Part shown: positions 39,516 to 52,733 of the stretch, piece by piece
How positions within the stretch are numbered: the stretch's first letter is position 1
Layout: every line of letters begins with the position of its first letter
NCBI GenBank assembly: GCA_002633005.1
Contig: NMRA01000695.1
Coordinates: 1-64,000 of the forward strand
From: Phoronis australis
Taxonomy: Eukaryota > Animalia > Phoronida
DNA length: 64,000 bases
Reading direction: 5' to 3'
Notes under the pieces: model-generated
What the model saw: only the letters and a program-made list of their open reading frames with translations
What the model was told of the DNA's origin: nothing
The model's database searches: none
Program-made: the position numbers and the translations under genes

Positions 39516-40513
39516 TAACTGGAAACTCGCAAGTGAGCTATTAATTTGTACATCTTTATATATTAATTGGAACTTTGGTGCTGTTCTGATACAGCTCTTC
39601 AGTAAAAATTCAGGATGAAGTGACATTTATAAAAATGTGATAAACTTGCTAATTAGTCCAACAACCTATCCGAATTTGAAAATAAGGGCTTTTGTGTAGG
39701 TTTGAAATGTAGTGCGGATAAGTAATTACATAGGTTGCAGCGTAGGATTTTCCATAGTAGTAAATAAATTCATTTCATCAGAAAGTAAAAATTTGTGATC
39801 TTGATACATGCAGTTTGCGAGTGCTAATGAGACATTGGAACACATTTTCACGATAGCTATATTACTAAAGAAAGTGAATTTTGGAATATGGGTAAGGTCA
39901 CGCTAAGGGGTACAATCACAGTGATGTCAAAAACATGATAATTTATGCCCGTTTCTGTGGTTATTAAGCGGTGAAAACGGTTTTACTACAAAGTTAATAT
40001 GTTGAAGAGATAGCAGAGATAGTTTCATGTGGTAATCTTTTAGACTTTTTACAGAATTCACAGTTTNACTCGGGGCACACCAAGAACAAAATGGCGGGTT
40101 TTGCCCTCTTCAAGGTGACGTCACATTGACTAACTGGAAACTCGCAAGTGAGCTATTAATTTGTACATCTTTATATATTAATTGGAACTCTGGTGCTGTT
40201 CTGATACAGCTCTTCAGTAAAAATTCAGGATGAAGTGACATTTATAAAAATGTGATAAACTTGCTAATTAGTCCAACAACCTATCCGAATTTGAAAATAA
40301 GGGCTTTTGTGTAGGTTTGAAATGTAGTGCGGATAAGTAATTAAATAGGTTGCAGCGTAGGATTTAAATTTCCATAGTAGTTTGTAAATAAATTTATTTC
40401 ATCAGAAAGTAAAAATTTGTGATCTTGATACATGCAGTTTGTGAGTGCTAATGAGACATTGGAACACATTTTCACGATAGCTATATTACTAAAGAAAGTG
40501 AATTTTGGAATAT
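39453..40513. repeat. Direct duplication across a single N (likely uncollapsed alleles)
   Basis: 39453-39889 recurs at 40068-40513 immediately after the N at 40067, with a few SNPs and indels. Confidence 0.85.
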
Positions 40514-41110
40514 AACAACATTTATGACCAAGAGACAAATGAACACCTATTACACAGTTGTCAATTAACATTCAAGAATGAAAAAATCGGGACAACTGGA
40601 TTGAAAATTGGCTCTATGCCAAAACGCAAGCAGGAAATGTTCGACACAATACATAAAACGTCCCGACAGCATTATTTGGGAGATGATACACCGAGTCCGA
40701 CGCATTTTTTTTTCCAAGTCAAATGGTCATTTGTGATTGCCTCAAAAACCCATGAATTGTCCCATTAATTCTTTTAAAAACAACAACACAACAGTGCCAT
40801 GTTGCATGGGAAATTACAGTGGTATATGGATAATAGGTCCTTGTTGTGTGTCAAAATGCCGGACAAAGGACAGTATGATGGGATGGCGGGAAAATTCAAA
40901 AGGTGACAGTCTGCCAAGAGCAGGATAATTGGCAATTAAGCATAGTGTACGCTATCAGAAACGCAAACTATTGGATTTGATTTCTGATAAAGTAAACTAT
41001 AAGAGATTCACCGTCTCTACTGGGATTAGCTTAGACACGTAGCCCGTCTTTTAATAACAATTTACAGATACGGTGGTTGGTCACTGACACCACTGCCACT
41101 GCCACTGGTG

Positions 41111-42130
41111 ACTGGCACTGTCCGACTGCGTGATGGCAAGTGTTCCTGCCACAGGACAACAGTAAATGGAAAATAGTTTACAATACTTCGATAACTGTGT
41201 TGCTATTGATCGCTTTAATGCTTACTAAAATGTACTTTAAACAGTACCTGCAAAACGGTTTCTCAGTATATCAAAAGTAGAAACAAACTTCACGCTTGGC
41301 GATAGGCGCAGCCATATTAAGCTATGCTTCGGGCACATCCGGAAAACTTCGGACAATTCCGTAGCCTCAAATATATTTTTACACTGATCGGAAGACTACC
41401 CCGTTTTCACGAAAAGTCGCTCTGGGATCGGCACGCCACTGTTGTCTTACGTAGTACATGGAGATAAAAAAAATCAGAAATATTAGAGAACAGATAAGAG
41501 CGAAATCTGAAATCTGAGGTCGATTTCAAGTTTGTCCTTGAGACACATGCGCACACCCCGCCGGACGGGGGGGGGGGANAGCAGATAGGTCAGGAGAGGT
41601 CAACTCAGCTCGTAAGAATATGCCGGAGTTGCGAATCTGTTGTCTATAATCTATGCTGCCACTGGCACTGTCCGACTGCGTGATGGCAAGTGTTCCTGCC
41701 ACAGGACAACAGTAAATGGAAAAGTTTACAATACTTCGATAACTGTGTTGCTATTGATCGCTTTAATGCTTACTAAAATGCACTTTAAACAGTACCTGCA
41801 AAACGGTTTCTCAGTATATCAAAAGTAGAAACAAACTTCACGCTTGGCGATAGGCGCAGCCATATTAAGCTATGCTTCGGGCAAATCCGGAAAACTTCGG
41901 ACAATTTCGTAGCCTCAAATTTATTTTTACAATGATCGGAAGACTACCCCGTTTTCACGAAAAGTCGCTCTGGGATCGGCACGCCACTGTTGTCTTACGT
42001 AGTAAATGGAGATAAAAAAATCAGAAATATTAGAGAACAGATAAGAGCGAAATCTGAAATCTGAGGTCGATTTCAAGTTTGTCCTTGAGACACATGCGCA
42101 CACCCCGCCGGACGGGGGGGGGGGGGGGGC
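41111..42130. repeat. Direct duplication across a single N (likely uncollapsed alleles)
   Basis: 41111-41577 recurs at ~41661-42129. The first copy stops at a poly-G followed by N at 41579. Confidence 0.85.
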
Positions 42131-42318
42131 TCGAATATTTTGAGAACGTGGACTTTTTCCTAAGATTCACGGGTTACGTTAAGAGTTATGAACTGTGTTA
42201 GTTCTTGCCTTTTTGAGAAATTTTGTCTCGTTTTCTACATTTTGCCGAGTTTTTTTTTTCTCTGAGGCGAACCAAATTTCCGCCCACTCACTTCGCCCGC
42301 CCCCTGGGTGCGCGCATG
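42093..42318. mobile_element. MITE, CATGCGC-type TIR, 9-bp TSD
   Basis: CATGCGCACACCC...GGGTGCGCGCATG flanked on both sides by CTTGAGACA. Confidence 0.85.
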
Positions 42319-44996
42319 CTTGAGACAGTGAAAGTGAAAGTGAGGGTGGGTGATTATACTCTAGCTGACTGAGCCGAGGCGTTACCCTTATCAGAGAGCG
42401 TCTTTGGTCCTATATCAAGGGTATTTGGTCCGGACCTGGAAGATCGAGTATCACATTGTGTGATTTATGGAGTCGGAAATGACCGAGACTGACTGGCCAG
42501 GCACTATTACATGTTACTATCTATTTAATCGCCGGTCTTGGCCTTGGGGAATAAAGAACTGGTCTGAAACTTGAAAAATTGGTTTTGTATTGCGCTTTAT
42601 TCCAGACCGGCTCTCTTTAAAAACATACAGATATCTTGTATACAATAATGAAATATTCTAATTAAGATAATGTAACCCAACAGCTGAAAATATGGATTCT
42701 TGAAAAAAGCAGCTAGTAAACACTGGCAACTGAGAAACAAAAAATTATGGAGATTTCAAGAATATAGTTATGAACTATACAATGAACGTAACTTGTACAA
42801 ACTAGTGCAGGATTTTAAATATCAGAGTCACAGATGAATAGCTATAATGGGATTGTCAGGATCAGAAAGGCGGTGAAAAATTCTTACACCACGATGGTAA
42901 AGTGATGAAAAATCAGCAATACAGAACAGTTAATTGTTATGAAATTTATCATCCTCTGTAAAGTTCACACCTTGGTATGTAACAGACCATTCAAGAATTT
43001 GCATTTACATTTGTAATATATTCGACCGGTTACATAAAATGTATTTTGAGTCCTAGCCAGTTGATATCGTGAGACCAGCTCGCGTGTAGCTTTTACATTT
43101 AGAAGAGTCAGTAGTGTTGCAACGAATCGAGGGCGCATTCACAAACTTGATACACGAAGTCGATAACATCACACTCGCAAAATGACAGAGCAGGAAGAAA
43201 CGTACCCTCAAACATTGATTCCTGGTACTTGTAGATCATCAATCAGCAGAGAAATTAATGGAAGATGCTTGTATAAGCCTACATCTTCCTAGAACAAACC
43301 ACATAATGTCTATTCCAACACCAGGCGCTACTCCTTCTGGGTTAGAAACGTCCAATCCAATTTAAAGCTTCAAAACGCACCTGGAACAGGTATAAGTCGC
43401 TCCATAAGTCAAAAACGAAACAATTCAGTGTCAGCTGAATAGTACATACATTTGTCGCTGCAGGCTTTAGGGTTTCTCTCTTGTGGTCACATTCGCAGAC
43501 AGGAGTGTATATCTTTTGTTTTCGGGCACATGTTTTGTTACATCAGAATTACACCATGTGCTTTCATTGCTACATTCACGTACAGCGCCATTGAGACAGT
43601 GAGGTACATTGGTTGCTTTCTCACTGAGGCGAATTTTCTTATTTAAGAAACCGAATTTTATCGTGCCGGTGACCGCTTCCGTTGTATGTGGTATTTTAAC
43701 GCGTATTAATATACAACGTACAACTGAAAGGGTCAGATTTTCGTTTCTACTGACGGGATGTTGGATGGGAAAGACATTTTGAAGTTATAAGCTTCATTAG
43801 AACAGAGTAATTGAACTATAAAATCAATTGTTTTTGTATTTTTATGACAAATTGCCAACTTTCGCCAATGTATCCTGCCAGGCTTTACCATTTAATTGAG
43901 CTAACGTAGTCTTTTTTATGACCGGGGGTGGTTTATATCCGCCACTGAGCAGACTTAGAAAGTATGACTGCTACCGTGAAGGTTCCAACTTCGAAATTGC
44001 TTGGGCTAATCTCAGAAAACCACTTTTCTTGCTTATAATATCATTTTAATAAATGAGTGATTCTTCCTTTGTTAAAGTTGCTGAAGCTGAGTTTCTTTAC
44101 TTTGTACAATTGAAGATTGAAAACATAATTCGTGTCTTTATAAACCCCATGCCAGGATATTTTTTTTTTTTTTTTGATTGATTTTGACCTGCTCGTTGCA
44201 AATGTTTTGTGAAAACTTAAACGTGTCGTCTGGTTTCAGTTCAACACCAATCACAAGTGGCAAAATCAATGATGTACCAACTTTAAAGTTAAATTTTACC
44301 AATATTTCAAAACATTGGCCCTTTCCTAACCCAGCGCTTTAAATGCAAATGGTGATTATATATTATAAATTGCTCAAAGATTTCCCGAAAGGACATTTTA
44401 TTGCTTGATGTCCACGCAGTCTTGTGTTATGGTGCTGCTAAAGTGAGTAGTGTGGTGAAAGTCAAACTTAGTATTCTATTTTGTTTAGAACTCCCAGCAT
44501 CCTGTTTTATACTGGGAGGGGGAACTGTGGATGGTCGATCCTGGCTGCCGACCGCGTCTGCTTCAGGGACGAAGTCGTGACTAACCCTCAAAATAGGTCT
44601 CTCAACTGAACAACATGCAAAATCTTTTGTTCACTTATTGAAACGTACAACCAAATGTTTTGCTGCATTTTGATTTCAGTTCGCACCACCCCGCAACTAC
44701 AAATTCGTTACAAATGAAGTATGCTCTGTTGCGTCATCATGCCGCTAAGTTAGGTCAATTTGTTGCAGTGTATAAAAATCAATGCTATTTTGTAAATTCA
44801 ATGCTATTTAATAGTAATGATAATAATTTAAATTGAACAAGAGGCCACCGGCCCACAGTTCACAATTGTTTACGCAAACTTTATAGATGCGTACAGAGCC
44901 GTTAAATATTCGGATTTCGCTTCTGATCATCCGCCCTTAGTCTATGTACATTGAAATGTTTTTAAGTGTTTGCTATTTTCGAGTTAAAAAGAGACC

Positions 44997-45377
44997 NNNN
45001 NNNNNNNNNNNNNNNNNNNNNNNNNNNNNNNNNNNNNNNNNNNNNNNNNNNNNNNNNNNNNNNNNNNNNNNNNNNNNNNNNNNNNNNNNNNNNNNNNNNN
45101 NNNNNNNNNNNNNNNNNNNNNNNNNNNNNNNNNNNNNNNNNNNNNNNNNNNNNNNNNNNNNNNNNNNNNNNNNNNNNNNNNNNNNNNNNNNNNNNNNNNN
45201 NNNNNNNNNNNNNNNNNNNNNNNNNNNNNNNNNNNNNNNNNNNNNNNNNNNNNNNNNNNNNNNNNNNNNNNNNNNNNNNNNNNNNNNNNNNNNNNNNNNN
45301 NNNNNNNNNNNNNNNNNNNNNNNNNNNNNNNNNNNNNNNNNNNNNNNNNNNNNNNNNNNNNNNNNNNNNNNNNNNNN
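44997..45377. other. Assembly gap
   Basis: Run of 381 N. Confidence 0.99.
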
Positions 45378-46918
45378 CCCCCCCCCCTGTAGATCCGCCT
45401 CTGTTTTATAAATTCAATCCTAATTTGGAAAGTTAATGCTGTTTTATAAATTCAATCCTATATCGTTAATTTTATGAATTCGATCACTCCAACTTGATAA
45501 CACGGGGAAATGGTTTTTCTAGGAAATCGCGGATCCGGGTCTTTTTGTGGGCGTGATTCTGGAAAGGTGGGCGAAAAATGCTGTATTTCAGGTATAGAGA
45601 TGTATTGGGACTGAGATTTTTTCTTGCCCTTTCCCCCCTCGTTAGCCGTTATTAGGTTTCTGTACACTGAAAGGAAAAGTAGACCACAAAAGTCATCACA
45701 AGAATTCAATAATTCAACGTACACAAACTAACCGCAATAGAGTCTGCCAGCTGGCAGTGGTTTATGACCATGGCTATGCAGCCACTTCACATCTCATTGA
45801 ACAATTTTCCACGTGGTTGATTCATAAAGGTTCTGTACTGGCTCTGGTTAATTTGCTGGCCCCGGTGGTATGTTCACCTCATGTTCCGATGAAAAGAAGA
45901 ATGCACCAGACAAGCCATGGCTGCAAGCCTCATTGCGAACTGGTGACCACCATATTTAGTTCATCTAGACATTTAAACACATGCTAGTGACGAGTGAAAT
46001 AAAGTTGTAAAATATGATTGAATTCATAAAATTAGTTCAGACTTACGAAGTAGAATTGAATTTTTGAAATGTGATCAAGTTTCAAAATAGCATAAAATTT
46101 CTGTGGGACTGAATTCATAGAACATGATCGAATTCATACAATTGGGTTGAATTTTTCAAAATAAAATCAAATTAATCCAAATAGCGTTGGATTTAAGAAA
46201 TAAGATTTTTTATTTTTAAATATTTTTGCACTTTCTGCAGTCCACATAAATTACCAAAGTTTCTAATCAGATAGCCGTGTATGTTCTTTTAGCCAATCAC
46301 CCTGGTAAGTACTACATTTTCAATAGAATTTGTGGCTTTTGCCTTCACAATAGTTAATTAGTTTATTTATATTGTGTTTTCATATATATGTTTTGATCAA
46401 CATCGAGTGCATTAAGCTGCCCAGGACAATGTATATTCAGAATTGAGTTTGGCGTATGTATCAATGGCAGCGGTGACATACTGTTGTTTGCAAGCCATTG
46501 TGCGGTTGGAGAGATTGTTTACGAAAGGAACCAACATTCCTGCTTAGACCTATTACACCATCCCACTATTTATCGACACTGCATGATAAGTCGGTGGAAC
46601 GGGAGTCCTCGCCATGCTGGTTACGTAAGTTTATCCTTCAATGATTCTGCTCTGTTCATATCAACTGCACTGGAAGCAGATTCACTGCAGGTGATTGCAT
46701 GGATTATATTGTTTGCGAGCCACGTGCGTATGTTCATTGTAATGTAACGGATGCCGGAGGACTGAGATTTTGCACTAGTTGCATTATTTCTGTGTCAAGA
46801 TTTGATGCTTCTAACACAAATGAGTGTTGATTCTTTACACTGAAGACAGATACACTAAATCGAAACGCAAAAACAAATAAAACAGCGCTTTTCAATACAG
46901 CCAGACAAGGTTCTTAAT

Positions 46919-47092
46919 CATGTGCCTACCCAGCCTTCATATAATGGGGGGCTCCAATTCTTGCCGTTGTGGACCTTTTGGTAACAAAAAGGCGGACGGG
47001 CTAAGAAAAAAAAAACGGGGACACCACTGTGAATTGCGCGTTTGTGCTTGTTTAGGGGAGTTTTGTCTCATTTTCCCCTGGGTGCGCGTATG
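46919..47092. mobile_element. MITE, CATGCGC-type TIR, 5-bp TSD
   Basis: CATGTGCCTACCCAG...CTGGGTGCGCGTATG flanked by TTAAT; internal sequence shared with 49243-49480. Confidence 0.8.
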
Positions 47093-49242
47093 TTAATGTA
47101 ACTCACACTAATCCCCGGCCAGGGAGGATTTGCGCTGAGCGTGATATGCTGTTGCCCTACTTTCACAACAGAAGACGAGTCGAAATTAAAGAATCTGGCG
47201 AGGCAACATGCACTGGTCCCATGCGTGGTTTTACCTGGGACCACGACGAAACACGTTAGTGTGATAATCTAGCTAGGGTAGACTGAGTTCAGTAACGCTA
47301 GGACCTCGCTGAAAGCAAGCCAAAATCACGTGTTCTCCTTTAAACTACACGGAAATGCCTCACATAACATTGCAAAATCTTGCTTTTTAACTTGGTCTTG
47401 GCGGGTGTCGATCTGCTACCCAGGTTTTCCAGGTCGCAACTTCCGCGCAAGAGGGTCTCGGTCCACGTATCCGGGCGTAGAACAAACTGGTAATAAAGGC
47501 TGCCTTTTTCATTTCACCAAATCTGCCAGTAGGCCACGGCATGAAAAAGTCTCGCGCGTGCGTGTGTGCATGGACGCGGGGTGTGACTTTTAAAGTCTTA
47601 GATGGAATGAAATGGACAACGAAAATTGGCTAAACCATACACGTGAAACGCATGGACTTGTTGGTAAAAATGGTCACTTTTAAGGAAGTGGGGACTCAAT
47701 TCAAACTTTCCTGTTGACACGAGAGGCTCACTTTCGGTGTCAAGGCTGTACTGTCCGGCCTCTGTGATTGTAACAGCTGATCGAGTACTGCATTGGTGAA
47801 ATTGATATCTTGGTTGCGTTCCGAGGACGCGAAAACATCACATATGATTAACATCACGCGAAAATACGCGAGACGTTGCCATGTTTTACAACAACTGCAT
47901 GTGATGACAAAACCTACACTCGATAAATACTTGTGAGTAGGGGGCGCAGCTCTGACCACATTCACAATGGTGCAGGACTGAAACCCTACAGCATTAAGAA
48001 CAAACAGTTCCTCGACCAGAGTGATTCGAAATGTGATTGCCACTTGTCAGAAAATGCGAAACTTAAACTCATCAGTCCGCTTATTCACCAGCATTATACC
48101 ATACCCATACATTTCAGGCGCTTAACCACAAATTCTCCCAACTTGAGACAAAAGCCCGCCATTTTGACCAAACTATTTTGTATGTATCCGCATAAAAGTA
48201 GCAACAAGGTAAACGCCTGGTGTCTGTTACTGGACGATATATTTGTAATCTCAAACGAAATAATCCGAAATACAATAATTGACTCAAAGCATCTTCATTA
48301 TTGAATTTAAGTTTAATTCGTTCAATTTCAAAACACGTTGCATAAACTATTGTTTATGTATTCATACTCGTTGGGTTCGCGAACCTGTTCTGTGTTGATT
48401 ATTTTCTTTACACATTGGGAAAGGCCACGGGGTTTTATTTTCTCTGGCTTATTATTGTATGAATTGTCTCATAAGACTGGACTGATTAAGGTATAATACT
48501 GTTGGATGAAACGGTAGAGATTTGTAAGCGATCAAGAGGAAACATCACCTCCGTCAGAATGTCCTCACACGCGATGAATGTACAGGGCAGAAAACAAGAC
48601 CTGAAAAAGACACGATCTGGTAATAACACAAACACTAATAGGTAAGTTATTAGTACTCCACAGTTACAAATTTGTTTCCGCAACATTACTTTTTTAGGCT
48701 GTGCGACACTGGTCGGACATAGGTATCCTAATATAGAGAATTAGTTGCGATGTAGTTTCATCCAGTGTCACTGAACAATCTGACTGACTTCCTGCAAACG
48801 ACTTTCGATGACGATGATCGACTCCAGACCGTGGTCATTCAGTTTCGTGGATTCCTTATCTAAACACAGGGTTGGTCAGTGGAATTGGGAAGGATTGGTA
48901 GAGATCGTTTGCCCGTTCTTTTGGATGTTTTGCTGGCATCATGTATTATCCCTGAGTGCTGTGTATTAAGAGTTTTTGTGATTTCACCTGTGCCCTGGTG
49001 AGGACAGTATGGACTACGGACTGAGCTTAAGGCCAGTTGTGGCGGGTAGACCGAAGTAAGGGAGGGGCAAAATAACTAGACGATTCCACAGTATTTATCC
49101 CTTCCGTTACCAGAAAACATGGATCAATCAAGTATTCATTGAATTTGTGAACTCTACAATTTTTTGTGCCGTTGTTACAGGGGCAGTACTGAATTTGGTG
49201 ACCTGTACCTTGTCAGTGCAACTTCAGATTGCATTTGGTGAC

Positions 49243-49480
49243 CATGCGCGCACCCAGCCTTCAATATGGGGGGGCTCGAATTCCTGACTTTGTCGACCTT
49301 TTGGTAACAAAAAAGCGGGCGGACAAAAAAAAGGAGCACCACTGTGAATTGCGCGTTTGCACATGTTTAATGGACTTAAGCCTCATTTTCGCGGACTTTT
49401 TTTTGTCTCTCTGAGGTGGACCTTTTTGCCCACTTTGCCAAATGGGGAGGCTCGTTCGAGCCCCCCTGGGTGTGCGCATG
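49243..49480. mobile_element. MITE, CATGCGC-type TIR, 5-bp TSD
   Basis: CATGCGCGCACCCAG...CTGGGTGTGCGCATG flanked by GTGAC. Confidence 0.82.
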
Positions 49481-49625
49481 GTGACTTGTGGAAAATCATG
49501 AGTCGCCACAACAAGTAGCAAAGTCAAACAATAATTCACCCAAAGTTCGCATCAAAATTTGTGATGTCTTCCAAACTTTAAATCAGTAAAAGAAATTCCT
49601 GTATTCAATGCCTTAAGTTCACAAC

Positions 49626-49751
49626 TGGGCACTGGTCGAATATAGCGGTCCCTGATTTAGAGAACCAGATTCATCCATTTAGTAACTGCCCCGTTATTTA
49701 GTGACTGCCTTGTTCTCTAAATCTGGGACCACTATATCCGACCAGTGCCCA
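49626..49751. mobile_element. Short MITE with ~40-bp TIR
   Basis: TGGGCACTGGTCGAATATAGCGGTCCCTGATTTAGAGAAC is mirrored at 49712-49751. A related half lies at ~48706-48741. Confidence 0.75.
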
Positions 49752-52733
49752 CCACTGTTTATACGTCATTAAGTGAATGCATTTGCCAGCCTCAGCTGTC
49801 AGTACACATCAAGCACACGTTCAAGTTACAACACGATGTAAACAGATGGAAGTTGGAATTGTTCGGCAAAAACAGGGCTAGATTGGACCATTATACATGC
49901 GCCCCCAGGGTATCTCATCTTCTGCGTTCTCCGTTGGCAAGAGGAATTGAGTTAAAGATTGAATTGTGCACATATTTTTGGGAGAAATGGATAATGTTTT
50001 GAAAATGCTGACAGCGAAATGAGGCTTTTTTGGTCGGCGACTTCCAACCTCAGTTTTGTTGACCCTCAGTTTTCATTTAGCAACCTGGTTTCTAGCTAGT
50101 TTCAAAGAGCGTGCTTTTTAGGACTCAACAATACTATTTTGTATTGACACAGTTGCCAAAGATGCCATTGGTTGATAACAACAGTGTATCTTTATTGAAC
50201 AGTTGTCACTAGTTATTTAGCTAGTGCAACTTATAAATGAGAATTCCTATCTAATCCTATTGAGATAAGACTTTCATGGATATATTCCTGGACTGCACCA
50301 TAAGCGCATGAAAACATGACAAGGTGCAAGTACATTGCAACTGTGTGACTCCCAGGTGCATTGGGTAAAACATGACTGCTCTTATTTCGATTTCCTTTGG
50401 GGTTTTTGTTTCTTATGTTGCCACTTTAATTACACGAAGTCCGCTGGACACAGCCGTTTGAGAAAAGGCACGTTTTTTATCATCAAATGCTCCCAAAGGG
50501 CACAGGTTCAAGCCTGGTCAGGAATATCCCTGCACTTTTCATACAGTGACAGATTCCATGCAACACAGATGATGCATTGAATATGACAAATGCGTGACAC
50601 ACTGACCTAATTTCTGAATGTTATCGAGATGACTGGATACTCATTGGGTGAGGATGGGCACGGTATATTTGCCAATACTCATTTGTCTAGTTTGAGTGTC
50701 TTGGTTTGGGAAAAAGCGCACATATACTCCTTAAGCGTTGATATTGTGGCAAGAGAGAACGCAGATTTTCAAGAACTGCGACGGAATTTCCAACTGCGCG
50801 ACTGCACTGAGAACCTACCTGCTACTAATAAGATGAGATGTGACGGATTAAGACGCAAAGGCAAGCGCCACTCAAAAGTTTCCTCGCCTTTACCATTTTG
50901 AAAAATAACGGGCCTGTAAATATTTCAATTGAACCGCCAGGAACATGCTAATGTCTGTTAGCTATGAAGCTATTAAAATAATCACAGTGAAGAGACGATT
51001 TATTTCTTTGAACTCTTCACAGAAAGTTGCTAAAGTGTCTTTAAACTGCTTTGAAAAATGGCTTGCCACTTGGGCTACCAACCAGTTTTAAAGTTCTACC
51101 CTCCCAGCGCCGTTTTAGTTGCATTGACGACTGGGCGGGTGGCTATATACGTTCTTGCCATTTGCAGAAGAATGAGTCTCTTGTGTGTAACGGATGGGCC
51201 AAATATTTTCCAATCACTCACCTATTGAATAAGAATGGTACTGGTGTTGTCTTGGGTGTGATTTTTTGCAGTTTGCTATTTCATTGGTTACCCGATTTCT
51301 GTTTTTCAAGTGATGGGATATTGCGTTCTATGAAAGAGACCCTGAATCAACAGTGGAGGCATATGATGCTGTGCACTGTATGGCCTTACCTTATTTCATT
51401 GTAGTGAGTCTTTAATAATATTAGTGAGTAGCCTGAGTACATTCAACACACCTGTGCTTGCTCTGTGACACATACACAACTGCTATTTGATGTGATTGGA
51501 GAACTCCACTGGAATTCTTAATTACGAGAGTGAATCGTACATTAAAAGGCACAACGTTGTTACACACCAAATATGTCTTCCGACATTGAAGTCGCGTTGA
51601 TGAGCGAAGTAAAATGTGAGATCTCCAAAATTTTTGTTTAGCATCCTGAGCTTGACAATTTACTTAACGTCCAGTCGCTGCCAAACAGGAAATGATGTCG
51701 CCAAAGCCCAGAACCCGGTGCGGGTGGGGGGCAAATATCTTGTCCCTTTCTAATGATGTGTCCTGAAAAACTGTTGAAAATTGAAGAAAGAGTTTCTGAA
51801 TTGTATGGTGAAGTGAGCAAACAACTGTTGGAAAACCCAAGACCACCTCGGCAGCCTTTTTTATAGTCCAGTTGAAACTTGGGGAGTATTTCGTGAACCT
51901 TGTAATGGCCAATTCTCCCTTGGGGCCTAATATCCTGCACGCTCGTCCACCTAATGGAACAGCTGATGATCAAGACACTTAATCTGTGTATGAGACAAGA
52001 ACTTAACTTTCATTTTTGCTGAAAAATTCCGACATCTGTCTCTTTACTAAGTGTTGTATTTGAGACGTATGCATGGTGTATTGCAGTTGCAGGTTGCCAA
52101 GTCAATCCTTGTTACTTTAAATATTCGAAAGGTGTCACGTTTCAGTGTTCCTCTCATACCTTCTTACATGACCTGTGAATTGACTTGTTCTTGCTTCTGA
52201 ATGTGTATTACTATTAACTGGATGTAGACAACTGTAAAATACTAAGTCAGCATCAATATACCCCTATATCCTTTATCTTTGAACATACATTTGTTCCTTC
52301 AGTCCCCTCGTACACCTGGACCCATACCTGTACCATATAATTTATACTTTGAAATTAGACTAAATTAATTATTTCAATGCAGTTCGAAATTTAAAGAAAA
52401 CTACTATGCTTTTTTACTCTGAGTTGACTTGAATGAAGGTCTATTAGTAGTGTTTTGCTCACAAGATGCAAGTTTGAAAAGATACGTGTACTGTACAAAT
52501 AACACTTTCTGTAAGCTGTGGGCAGGGGTCAGCAATTTTCAACATAGTTATTGGTAAAAGACCTCTGTTCAGTGACGGTTGAAACAACAGGTGAATTACA
52601 ATTTGGGAATCCCACTCATAATCCTTGTCTTTCCATTCCAGTCGAAATAATGCTCGACCACCGAACAAGACCTCACCAGTAAGTAATTCAATATTAGTAA
52701 CTTGTCTGTTGCGCTGTAGCGTGTATATGAATA

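Noticed and set aside
39453-42130. Biological tandem duplications
   Set aside because: Each pair is separated by a single-N contig join and differs at allele level, so assembly redundancy is more likely.
44944-45436. Two long ORFs in the ORF track
   Set aside because: They are artefacts of reading through the N-gap.
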